NCBI GenBank assembly: GCA_030390025.1
Contig: CM059432.1
Location: 81,656,001-81,720,000 of the forward strand
Reading direction: 5' to 3'
DNA length: 64,000 bases
From: Squalus acanthias
Taxonomy: Eukaryota
The position numbers and the translations under genes are program-made. The notes under the pieces were generated by a model. That model was not told the DNA's origin. It ran no database searches and was given only the letters and a program-made list of their open reading frames with translations. This document shows, in pieces, positions 53,270 to 64,000 of the stretch (positions are counted from its first letter, which is position 1; every line of letters begins with the position of its first letter).

Positions 53270-54962
53270 ATGTTGGAATGAGGAAATGGCAGAGAAATTA
53301 AATAAATACTTTGTTTCTGTCTTCACTGAGGAAGACACAAAAAACCTCCCAGAAATACGAGAAAACCAAGGGTGTGGCGAGAATGAGGAACTTAAAGAAA
53401 TTATTATTAGTAAAAAAACAGTACTAGCAAAATTAATGGGACTAAAAGTCGATAAATCCCAAGGGCCGGATGATCTACATCCTAGGGTTTTGAAATAGGT
53501 GGCCATTGGGATAGTGGATGCATTGGTTGTCATCTTCCAAAATTCTATAGATTCTGGAATGGTTCCTGCAGATTGGAGGATAGCAAATGTAACCCCGCTA
53601 TTTAAGAAAGGAGGGAGAGAGAAAACGGGGAACTACAGACCTGTTAGCCTCACATCAGTGGTCAACATGGATTTATGAAAGGGAAATCCTGTTTAACAAA
53701 CTTATTGGAGTTCTTTGAGGATGTAACTAGTGGAGTAGACAAAGGGGAACCGGTAGATGTGGTGTATTTGGATTTTCAGAAGGCCTTCGATAAGGTCTCA
53801 CACAAGAGGTTGGTGAACAAAATTAGGGCACATGGAATTGGGAGTAATATACTAGTATGGATTGAGAATTGGTTAACAGACAGAAAACAAAGAGTAGGGA
53901 TAAATGGTTTTTTTTCAGGATGGCAGGCTGTGACTAGTGGGGTACCGCAAGGATCGGTGCTTGGGCCCCAGCTATTCACAATCTATATCAATGATTTGGA
54001 TGAGGGGACTAAATGTAACATTTCCAAATTTGCTGATGATATAAAGCTAGGTGGCAGTGTTAGTTGTGAAGAGGATGTGAAGTGGCTTCAAGGGGACATA
54101 GACAGGCTCAGTGAATGGGTGAGAACATGGCAGATGGAATATAATGTGGATAAATGTGAAGTTATCCACTTTGGTAGAAAAAACAGAAAGGCAGAGTATT
54201 TCCTAAATGGTGAAAGATTGGAGAATGCAGATGCTCAAAGGGACCTGGGTGTCCTTGTACATGAGCCACTGAAAGTGAATGTGCAGGTGCAGCAAACCAT
54301 TAGGAAGGCAAATGGTATGCTGGCCTTCATTACAAGAGGATTTGAGTACAGGAGTAAAGAAGTCTTACTCCAATTATATAGGGCCTTGGTGAGACCACAC
54401 CTGGAGTACTGTGTACAATTTTGGTCTCCTTACCTAAGGAAGGATATACTTGCCATAGAAGGAGTGCAACAAAGGTTCACAAGATTGATTCCTGGGATGG
54501 CGGGACTGTCGTATGAGAAGAGATTGAGTAAACTAGGCCTGTATTCTCTTGAATTCAGAAGAATGAGAAGGGATCTCATTGAAGCATACAAAATTATTAC
54601 AGGGCTTGATAGGGTGGATGCTGGGAGAATGTTTCCCTTGGCTGGGGAGTCTAGAACCAGGGGCCACAGCCTCAGGATAAAGGGTAGGCCATTCAAGACT
54701 GAGATGAGAAGAAATTTCTTCACACAGAGGGTGGTGAATCTTTGGAATTCTCTACCCCAGCCTGGAGGCTCAGTCATTGGGTATATTCAAAACAGAAGTT
54801 GATAGATTTCTGACTAGTAAGGGCATCAAGGGATATGGCGATAGGGCCAGTGAATGGAGTTGAGGCAGAAGATCAGCCATGATCTCATTGAATGGCGGAG
54901 CAGGCTCGAAGGGCCGAATGGCCTACTCCTGCTCCTATTTCTTATGTTCTTATGTTCTTATG
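53270..54962 (+). mobile_element. CR1 LINE 3' part with an uninterrupted RT reading frame (53675-54802)
   Basis: 375-aa ORF with [27 protein letters not shown] and LVRPHLEYC. Tail (TTCTTATG)3. Small deletion at about 53663. Confidence 0.95.
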
Positions 54963-55230
54963 GCGAGGGTACACTTAGCCACTGACTGTTTCAGAGGTGT
55001 CAGGAACCAGGGCTGGAGAGGGTAGCCTACATCTCCTCCTAGCCATCCACACACTCTTTATCTGGCAAATTATGGTAGAATTACTGTACTCTTTTAGTTT
55101 TGTTTTTTAAGAGCTATTTTTCCATAATAATGAAATTATTCAAATTTATTTTTCCCCAAAACAATTTGTGGACCAATTTTATTTTTAACTCCTTAAAGTA
55201 AATTTGTTTTTAAAGTGCTTCAGATACAGT

Positions 55231-56169
55231 GGCATGAATTTTAATCAGGAGGCGGGTTGGGAGTGGAGGGGCTCAGAAGCGGTCGGGAAACCTGGGAGAA
55301 CGGGTTCCCTGCCAAGGTTAATGGCAGGGCCTGACTTGCATGGGAAACCTCTGTTTCCCACCCGCAACCAGCCAGATTGAGAGGCTGGCTGACTGTGGGC
55401 GGGTAGGCTTGTGGCACTAGGCTGCAGAGAAGAGGTTGGGAGGGATCGCGGGGGGGGTGGCCGAAGGAGCAGGGGTGGGGAGTCGGGATCGATCGGAGGG
55501 CCGGAGGAGTGGGGGGGTTGCGGTTGGGTGAGCATCAGAGGGTCAAGTGCGTCTGATCAGGGACCGGAGGAGCTGGGGGGGGCGGCTGCCGGGGGCTGAT
55601 CATCGGAGGCCAGAGGAGTGGAGGGAGCCGGGGTGGGGGTGGTGTGGGGGGGTGGTGGTGATCATTGGAGGGCTGGGAGTGGCTGATGATCGGAGGGCCA
55701 GGAGCAGCACAGGGGGTGGGGGCAGGGGCAGCACAGGAACGAGGGCCAGGAGCAGGATGATCAGGGCACCGGCGGAGCATGTCAGGGGCGGGAGGCCTCG
55801 TGTGGGGGATCAGAGGCCTGGGGGGGATCGGAGGCCTCGTGGGGGGAGGGGTCTCCGATTGCGGGGGGTGGGTGAGGCAGGGACACTGGATTCAGGAGGT
55901 AAATGTAAAGGCACTTACCTCCTGGATCCAGCAGTCCTCGCTTTACTTTAGCTGTTGGGTTTCATGTGGCCTGCAAAACCCGACCAGCTACTGTTAAATT
56001 TAAAATGGCGGCTAAATCTGAGGCACAGCTGTCTCACTATAATATTTAAATGGGAGACCCGCCTCCTGGAAGCAGGTTGGCTGACCGTCCCGCCTCCGTT
56101 AAAACTTTTAACACTTTAACTTCCCACCTGACCCCAACCCACCCTTTTTTTGGGTTAAAATTCCCCCCC
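55231..56169. mobile_element. G-rich MITE-like element (Harbinger-type ends)
   Basis: GGCATGAATTTTAATC...GGGTTAAAATTCCCCCCC, internal GATCGGAGG repeats and G-runs. TSD ambiguous. Confidence 0.65.
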
Positions 56170-58576
56170 AATTTCATGGTTGAGGTTGTACAAGAGGAAA
56201 TAAGGCATGCCAGGGAGATTAGTAGGCCCCAGACTATGTCTGCTGACCTTACCACACCTATGTTCCAATAACAGAGACAAATGCCTTAGCTTGCACATTT
56301 CATCGGGAGAGATCTTTGTCATCATACAGCAGAGACACTTGCAGCCAACTTGTAACACTCTATTTCATGTTTCCACATTGGGTTTTCTTTTATTTTGTTC
56401 AAAGACCAGCTCTTCCCCACCCACCAATGCAGCCTTTGCAAATGATAAAAACTCAAGTGAAGCACTTTTTAATCTATCAAAAGGCTCCAGCATTTTTAGC
56501 ACCATATTCAGTCACTTGCCTTTAAGTAGTCTTTTATTTTGAACCCTTTAAGCTCAACACTCTGCTGCTGTGAGATTTGGCCTTGAGCAGCATCCTGTGA
56601 GTATTTTTAGCTGGAATCGCTGAATCAGCTCTTAAGTGAAATAAAAGCATGAGGATATTCTTCATAAATAGGTTTACAATTTCATTACATTACGTTTATA
56701 GAAATCTTTCCCCTATGTGTACACAAGCCAAATTTGTTTGCTATTTCAATTGTTTATGAATGGCTGGACAGCCCTTGGGTTAATGGTGGGTCAAGGGAGT
56801 TCAACCAAGGCTGATAGGATGACATTCGTCCCTCTCTGCTGGCTGTAAGGCTCCTCATTGAAATTAATTTGGGGAGTGTCAATTCAATTCTGAGTGATCA
56901 TCAATCCACGGTACAAAATTGTCCCAATTTAACAACAATTAGAATTAAATCGGCATTTTCACAGCGTCTAGACCAGTGGCTGGTGGAAATAAATCAAAAT
57001 GTCACAGTGGTGCAATTGAGGGTCCTCGTTTAAGGCTGTGGTTAAGCCATGCTTTAGGATAGTGGAGGTAGACTTAGTGGTTGATGTCATCCATACTACA
57101 TCTGACCTTGAAGTGCTTAATGCTGACACTGAAGGAAAAATTTTTCCTTCCTCCAGGCTCAACATATTGGTAAGTAAAAGGTTCACCAAGTAACACAAAA
57201 ATGATTAGGAAATGTTTGGTAACGCGTCAAGTTGTAGTTGTTCAATCTTAGATTCCTGTTGATGAGCAGAAACCAATTCTTGCAGTTGATTAGGCCATCA
57301 AAACCGTTTTGTCAAGAAATTCTTATTCTTCTATTTAAAATCCAAAAGTTACAAATAATTATTACAAACTGTGATTTTTCCCTTCTGTTGACTTTTGAAG
57401 TATTTGGTTTTAAACCGAGTGCTTATGATATAATCGGATGAAGTGATATGGTGAGAGAACTGAATTACTGTCGATGACTAAAACATCCTCAGTTAATGTC
57501 TACAGACAGAATATCTCCCATGGCTATAAATAGGATGAATATTATAGATAAGGGTGAAATTTTCCTTGTATATAGTAGTCATAAGAATTAATTTTTGCCC
57601 ACCATTAGTAATTCAAGCTGTTTCAAATTGCAAATGTACATTATTGCTCAGGCTCAGTAACTACTGTATTGTGAACACAATTCTAACCTTATTATGTACT
57701 TTTGGAAACATTGCGGAAATGTTATTGTATCCTCGGCCCTCAAGGTTTTGTTCTGCAGTTTGATTTAAGTGCTCTTTGTGATTGGTAAAACCTCTCTGGA
57801 TGTGTTGAAAACATTGCTGCAGATCAATTCACTTGTGATATTTTTTCATAGATTCGAGAACTTGCCTTGGCAATTTATGTTGACAAAAAATCTTCAATTT
57901 TACTAATGCTTGGTCTCAACAGCTATAAAGCACCAATTTAACATGAAGTAAAATAAAGCCAGATGTTGCTGAAAGTTGCCTATTCAGAATATTAATTTGC
58001 TATGTTAATGCAAGCCGTGAAAAGGACACACTAAAACACTCTTCCTGTATGGGGTCATTTTAGTGAAAATAACACTGATTTGAAGTGTGTCAATAAATTA
58101 AAGGTGCCAAGTGCCATAATTACATTGGCTTTCTGTCAAGAGTGATGCAAGGTTTTGGACAACCTGAGGGAGGACAGATTTTCATGCCTGCAGTTTGCGA
58201 ATGTCCCAGAGCTGCAGTAACCAGATGCTTGTGTCATTGGGCGGTAAAACAGCACTGAAATGTCTACAGATAAAGCGAGAGTGTAAGATTTATAAGCATT
58301 TTTAACACATTTTGTAACATTGCAGCTGTTTTTCCTCACTGCTCGTGACAGCTAGTAAATGATTGATAATAGCTTTTTTTCTAGCAAAAGGTAGACCGCT
58401 TTTTATATATAAAATAGAACAGTGAACAGTCAGGGTGCTCTACAAAGATGCAAGTGTTTGACACACGTTTCATTGTCATGAAAGATGAGCTGATGACTGA
58501 TGACGAAGAACAAGATATATGGCATAAGAGATGCTCAACTGGAGAAATTGTGAAATGCACATTGACATATTGCATA

Positions 58577-59113
58577 CATAGAATTACACAGAACTGACAG
58601 CACAGAAACAGGCTATTCTACCCAACTGGTTTTTGCTGGTGTTTATGCTCCATATGAGCCTCTTCCCACTCTACTTTATCTAACCCTATCTGCGTATCCT
58701 TATATTCCTTTCTCCCTTATGTACTTATCTAGCTTCCCCTTAAAGGCATTTATGCTATTCGTCTCAACTACTCCATAGGGTAAAGAATCATAGAATCATA
58801 GAATTCTAGAATAGTACAGAGCAGAAGGAGGCCAAACGGACCATCTAGTTTGTGCTGACTCTTTCGACGAGCAATCCACTCCCCCGCTCTTTCCCCAAAT
58901 ACCTGCAATTTTTTCTCTTTCAAGTATTTATCCAATTCCCTATTGAAGGCTACTATTGTATCTGTATCCACCACCCTATCAGGCAGTGCATTCCAAATCC
59001 TAATCACTCGTTGCATAAAAAAGTTTTTCCTCAAGTCGCCTCTGGTTCTTTTGTCAGTCACCTTAAATCTGTGCCCTCTGGTTGTCGACTGTTCAGCCAC
59101 TGGAAACAATTCT
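58577..59113 (-). mobile_element. Two adjacent CR1 3'-end fragments
   Basis: Tails at about 58577 (CATAGAATT) and 58784 (AGAATCATAGAATCATAG). TRGHRFKV...FFMQRVIRIWNALP. Confidence 0.8.
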
Positions 59114-59399
59114 CTGGCTGCGATTTTGCTGATCTTGGCGGGTCCGTAGCGAGCAACGTCCGTGGCAGATCCCGACCTCGCTGCTGGCTCCATCCCGCTG
59201 TCCGAAATGAATTTCCCTTGATGGGGCTTGTTAAGCCCGCCCAGCACGTTTCCTGGCCAATTAGAGGAAGCGGGTTTGGTGACGTCATTTGATGACGCAT
59301 TATCAGTTGGTTTCCTTAAAGGGACCATGTCCAAATTTATTTTGACATTTGTGCTGTCAGTGTTCTACAGCATTGAGGTGCTGCAAACACTGACAATCA

Positions 59400-59632
59400 C
59401 TGCACAAAGGTACAGGGCTGCACCCAGGCTCTCCCATAACTCCCTCCATATATTATGGAGGGAGTCACAGCATGCAGGGAGGTCCTCTTCCCTTCCAATG
59501 GGTGGAAGAGACCTCCCCAGGAGACCAACACAGCCTGGTTGGACATTGCAGAGGAGGGCATAAGCAGGGATGTGGTCAGGAGGACCTGGGTGCAGTGCCG
59601 CAAACATTTCAATCATCTCAGTAGATCACAAA
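59400..59632 (+). pseudogene. Harbinger Myb/SANT-like (NAIF1/MSANTD-type trihelix) DNA-binding domain exon, one frameshift
   Basis: RAAPRLSHNSLHI / MEGVTACREVLFPSNGWKRPPQETNTAWLDIAEEGISRDVVRRTWVQCRKHFNHL. Confidence 0.8.
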
Positions 59633-60062
59633 ATGTTAGTACAAAGCCACACTCAACCACATCCTGCTGTGCCACTCATCACATCCCCATCACTCTGCCT
59701 TCCCTACCCTACTCCTGCACATCCTTACTCACACCAACTTACCTTGCACCTCCACCCAACCCTCTCTATCTACATTATCACATCGCCATCTCACTAACCA
59801 CCCCTCACACTCACCCTCATCCTAGTCCAATCATATCAACTAACAACACACAAGGGTAGTCATTTGGGTGTTTTATGTAATGTCCATGTAAAGTTTCTAT
59901 TAATGTGGTGTCAAACATTGAAACCTTTATTTTCAACACTTTGTGTTCTTGGACAGATTTGTGTGCACCTTTGGAAGTGGCTTAGTGAGTTGCAGTGAAT
60001 GTTGAGACATAACGGTACCCCCTGCAATGGTCATGAGTGTGAAAGGAATGGCTTGGGCATTG

Positions 60063-63000
60063 AACATAAGAACATAAGAAATAGGAGCAGGAGTAGGCCA
60101 TTTGGCCCTTCGAGCCACCTATCACATTCAATAAGATCATGGCTGATCTCCTACCTCAACTCCACTTTCCTGCACTATCCCCATATCCCTTGATTCCCTT
60201 AATATACAAAAATCTATCGATCTCTGTCTTGAATATACTCAATGACTGAGCCTCCACAGCCCTCTGGGGTAGAGAATTCCAAAGATTTACCACCCTCTGA
60301 GTGAAGAAATTTCTCCTCATCTCAGTCCTGAATGGCCGACCCCTTATTCTGAGACTGTGACCCCTGGTTCTAGACTCCCCAGTCAGGGGAAACATCCTCC
60401 AAGCATCTACCCTGTCAAGCCCTGTAAGAATTTTGTATATTTCAATGAGATAACCTCTCATTCTTCTAAACTCTAGAGAATATAGGCCTAGTCTACTCAA
60501 TCTCTCCTCATAAGAAAATCCCCCCATCCCAGGAACCAGTCTGGTGAACCTTCATTGCACTCCCTCTATGGCAAGTATATCCTTCCTTAGGTAAGGAGAC
60601 CAAAACTGTACACAATACTCCAGGTGTTGTCTCACCAGGGCCCTATATAATTGCAGTAAGACGTCTTACTCTTATACTCAAATCCTCTTGTAATAAAGGC
60701 CAACATACCATTTGCCTTCCTAATTGCTTGCTGTACCTGCATGTTAACTTTCAGTGATTCATGTACAAGGACACTCAGGTCCCTCTGAACACCAACATTT
60801 CCCAATCTCTCACCATTTAAAAAATACTCTGCTTTTCTATTTTTCCTACCAAAGTGGATAACTTCACAATTCTCCACATTATATTCCATTTGCCATGTTC
60901 TTGCCCAGTCACTTAGCCTGTCGATATCCCCTTGAAGCCTCTATGCATCCTCCTCACAACTTACATTCCCACCCAGCTTTGTATCATCAGCAAACTTGGA
61001 TATATTACATTTGGTCCCCTCATCCAAATCATTGATGTAGATTGTGAATAGCTGAGGCCCAAGCACTGATCCTTGTGGTACCCCACTAGTTACAGCCTGC
61101 CAAACCGAAAATGACCCGTTTATTCCTACTCTATGTTTTCTGTCTGTTAACCAATCCGCAGTCCATGCTAGTATATTACCCCCAATCGAATGAGCCCTAA
61201 TTTTGTTTAATAACTTCTTATGTGGCACCTTATCGAATGCCTTCTGAAAATCCAAATACACCACATCCACTGGTTTCCCCTTATCTAATCTGCTAGTTAC
61301 AACCTCAAAAAATTCTAATAGATTTGTCAATCACCATTTCCCTTTCATAAATCCGTGTTGACTTGCCCAATCCTATTATTATTTTCTAAGTGTCCTGTTA
61401 CCACATCCTTAATAATAATAGATTCTAGCATTTTCCCTACTACTGATGTCAGGCTAACTGGTCTGTAGTTCCTCATTTTCTCTCTCCCTCCTTTCTTAAA
61501 TAGTGGGGTTACATTTGCTATCTTTCAATCGCGGGAACCGTTCTAGAATCTATGGAATTTTGGAAAATGACAACAAATGCATCCTCTATCTCTATAGCCA
61601 CCTCTTTCAAAACCCTAGGATGTAGGCCATCAGGTCCAAGGGATCTATCAGCTTTCAGTCCCATTAATTTCTCCAACACTATTTCTTTACTAATACTAAT
61701 TTCTTTCAGTTCCTCATTCTCGCTAGACCCTTGGTTCTCCACTATTTCCGGGAAGATTTTTGCATCTTCTTCCGTGAAGACAGACACAAAGGGCTGGATT
61801 TTGCCAGCGCTCAGAGGGCGGGTTTGGAGGCGGGTCCGCTGTCAAAATAGCAAAGATTGACAGCGGGTTGGGAAACCTGCTGACAACCCTCCTCCACGCG
61901 AGTCTCCCAGGTGTCGGGTCTGTCAGCAGAGAACTGACCCGACACCAAGTGGCAGGGGAGACAATTGAAATCATTAAGTGGCTTGTTAATAGCCAATTTA
62001 ATGCTATTTTGAGGCTGCCTTCTAATTTTACATTCTCCCCCATGGGTTACCCGCTGCTCGGGGACCACGCCAGCTCAACCTGGCATGAGTTGAGTCTGCT
62101 CTGATGTATGTGATAAGCTGACAGCTGCAGAAGTGGTGTAAAGGATGCCATGTTGCAGATGGTCAGTTTAAGAGCGAGGTGGTGGGGTGGGGGGGGGAAG
62201 TTATGTCTGAACATTCACTGGAACTCAATAAGACACTTCTCATGGTGTGCTCAGATCTATCCAATAAGGGGCAGTTTTGGAAAAATATTTCATTGTATGA
62301 CAACACATTACCAGAAACTTCACATGGACATTGGCTAAACCTCTCAAGTGCCTACCCTTGTGTGTTGTGAGTTGGTATGCTTGCAGTAGGATGAGGGTGA
62401 GTGTGAGGGGTGGCTAGTGAGATGGGGAAGTGATAAAGTAGATAGAGAGGGTTGGGTGGAGGTGCAAGATAAGTTGGTATGAGTAAGGATGTGCAGGAGA
62501 AGGGTATGGAAGGCAGAGTGATGGGGATGTGTTGAGTGGCGGGGATGTGTTGAGTGGCACAGCAGGATGAGTTTGAGTGTGGCTTTGCAGTAATGTTTTG
62601 TGATCCACTGAGATCATTGAAAGGTTGGTGCCACTGCAGCCAGGGACCGCTGACGACATCCCTGCTTTTGCCCTCCTGTGCAATGTGCAACCAGGCTGCG
62701 TTGGTATCCTGGGGAGGTCTCTTCCACCCTTGGAAGGGAAGAGAACCTCCCTGCATGTTGTGACTCCCTCCATAAGCATATGGAGGGAGTCATTGGAGAG
62801 CCTGGGTGCAAGCGTCCACCTTTGTGCAGTGCTTGTCAGTGTTTGCAGCACCTCAATGCTGTCAAACACTGACAGAACAACTGTCAAACTCCATGTGGAC
62901 GTGGTCCCTTTAAGGAAACCAGCTGATGACAGATCATGAAATGACGTCATCAGACCTGCTTCCTGTTAATTGGCCGGGAAGCCCGCAGGGCGGACTTAAC

Positions 63001-63494
63001 AAGGCCAATCAAGGGAAAATCCCATTTACAGAGCAGCTGCAGCCAGGTTCGTGTCTGGAATCCGGAAACCAGCTCTCCTGCCACCATCCTGCCTCTGCCA
63101 TTAAATTCGTGGCCAAAGTCTCCATTATGGCTATTAGATCAAACCTGTTCATTTCTATCTGCGCTATTAATTCATCTATTTTGTTGCGAATGCTTCGCGC
63201 ATTTAGATATAGTGCCTTTAGCTTTGACTTATTTCTATTTTTCACTGATGTCACCTTAGTCACTGATGCCTTCTTACCTTTGTTACTCTCTCTGTCCCTT
63301 CCTGACCCACTCTGCTTATTTTTACCCAAAACTCTGCTCTGCTCTAAAGCCTTGACATTTCTCTCACTGCTTTTAAATTTACTCTTTCCTGAATTCTCCC
63401 ACCCCCTTCATTAGTTTAAAGCCCTGTCTACTGCCCTAGTTATTCGGTTCACCGGGACACTGGTCCCAGCCTGGTTTAAGTGGAGCCTGTCCAC
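60063..63494 (-). mobile_element. CR1 LINE, 5'-truncated in ORF1, with a nested element and an ORF2 deletion
   Basis: AACATAAG tail, RT fragments at 60156-61787, endonuclease start LKALYLNARSIRNK at about 63120-63230, and ORF1 C-terminus DRLHLNQAG. Confidence 0.93.
61791..63114 (-). mobile_element. Myb-exon-bearing Harbinger derivative
   Basis: Ends GGGCTGGATTTT / AAATTCGTGGCC with AAA on both flanks. LAPRLSNDSLHMLMEGVTTCREVLFPS and WKRPPQDTNAAWLHIAQE...FNDL. Colinear with 59116-60030. Confidence 0.85.
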
Positions 63495-64000
63495 TTTATG
63501 GTGTTGGTGTGGGGTGGTGCCAACCTGGCACATCATGTGGCAGCCAGGGTGTAAAGCACCAAGTGAAGTAAATCCGGCCATGGTGAGGCCATCCCTGGCC
63601 TCCTGGGCAGCAATGTGTCCTGTGCAGCATGAATTGATTGCGGAGAAGGTTGGTGGTGTTGTTGGTGCTGCTGGTGTTGGGGCTGATCGTGGTCGGATTC
63701 TGAGGACCAAGGTGAGAGAGTATAAAGGGCACCCATGCTGATGGAATAGATGGCTGGTGAAGTCGAGATGACAGAAGCGATCTGTCAATGGTGAGAGAGG
63801 TAATGAGGTCAGACTAAATGGAGACTTGTGTAAAGACTTGCAGCATTCTGAATCTGTTGTGGAAATGCAGTGAGGAAGAGCTTGTGGCTGAGGGAAGATA
63901 TCTCTGGAAGGTGGGAGCTTTTACTTGACATTTGAAGCTGTCAACTCAACAGCTGATTCAATGGCAACTGACTTCCCACCCCTCAACCACCCCCCCACCC

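Larger units (their letters stand above)
59116..64000 (+). mobile_element. Non-autonomous Harbinger derivative with a Myb exon and a deleted transposase, interrupted by CR1; runs off the window
   Basis: End GGCTGCGATTTT. Myb exon at about 59400-59632. Sequence before 60063 and after 63494 is contiguous in the homolog at 48730-48780. The minus-strand peptide AAQEARDGLTMAGF resembles a transposase C-terminus. Confidence 0.8.

Noticed and set aside
53675..54802. Intact RT as an active or domesticated gene
   Set aside because: It is a 5'-truncated CR1 lacking the endonuclease, with an upstream stop and deletion and a frameshifted C-terminus.

Overview
Eukaryotic, repeat-dominated intronic or intergenic DNA. 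The repeat families (amniote-type CR1, L2, RTE, DeuSINE, tRNA-SINE, Penelope-like relics) suggest a cartilaginous fish; this is inference. No intact host gene was identified. Bases 1-9620 and 15449-15705 are a polypyrimidine satellite with nested higher-order duplications, interrupted by a CR1 LINE. The rest holds LINE/SINE fragments and a dense set of PIF/Harbinger DNA transposon relics: two decayed HARBI1-type transposase genes, three or four Myb/SANT accessory-gene remnants and about 10 non-autonomous TIR elements, several with 3-bp TSDs. One hAT MITE and one Tc1/mariner MITE are also present. Main highlights: transposase-deleted Harbinger derivatives that keep the Myb exon behind a GC-box/CCAAT/CRE promoter cassette; two different minimal hammerhead-ribozyme motifs; an apparent AGACAC-NNN-GT target preference; four-level nested insertions; and a MITE built from a chain of hairpins. 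Coordinates were read by eye, family calls come from motif recognition, and no database search was run.
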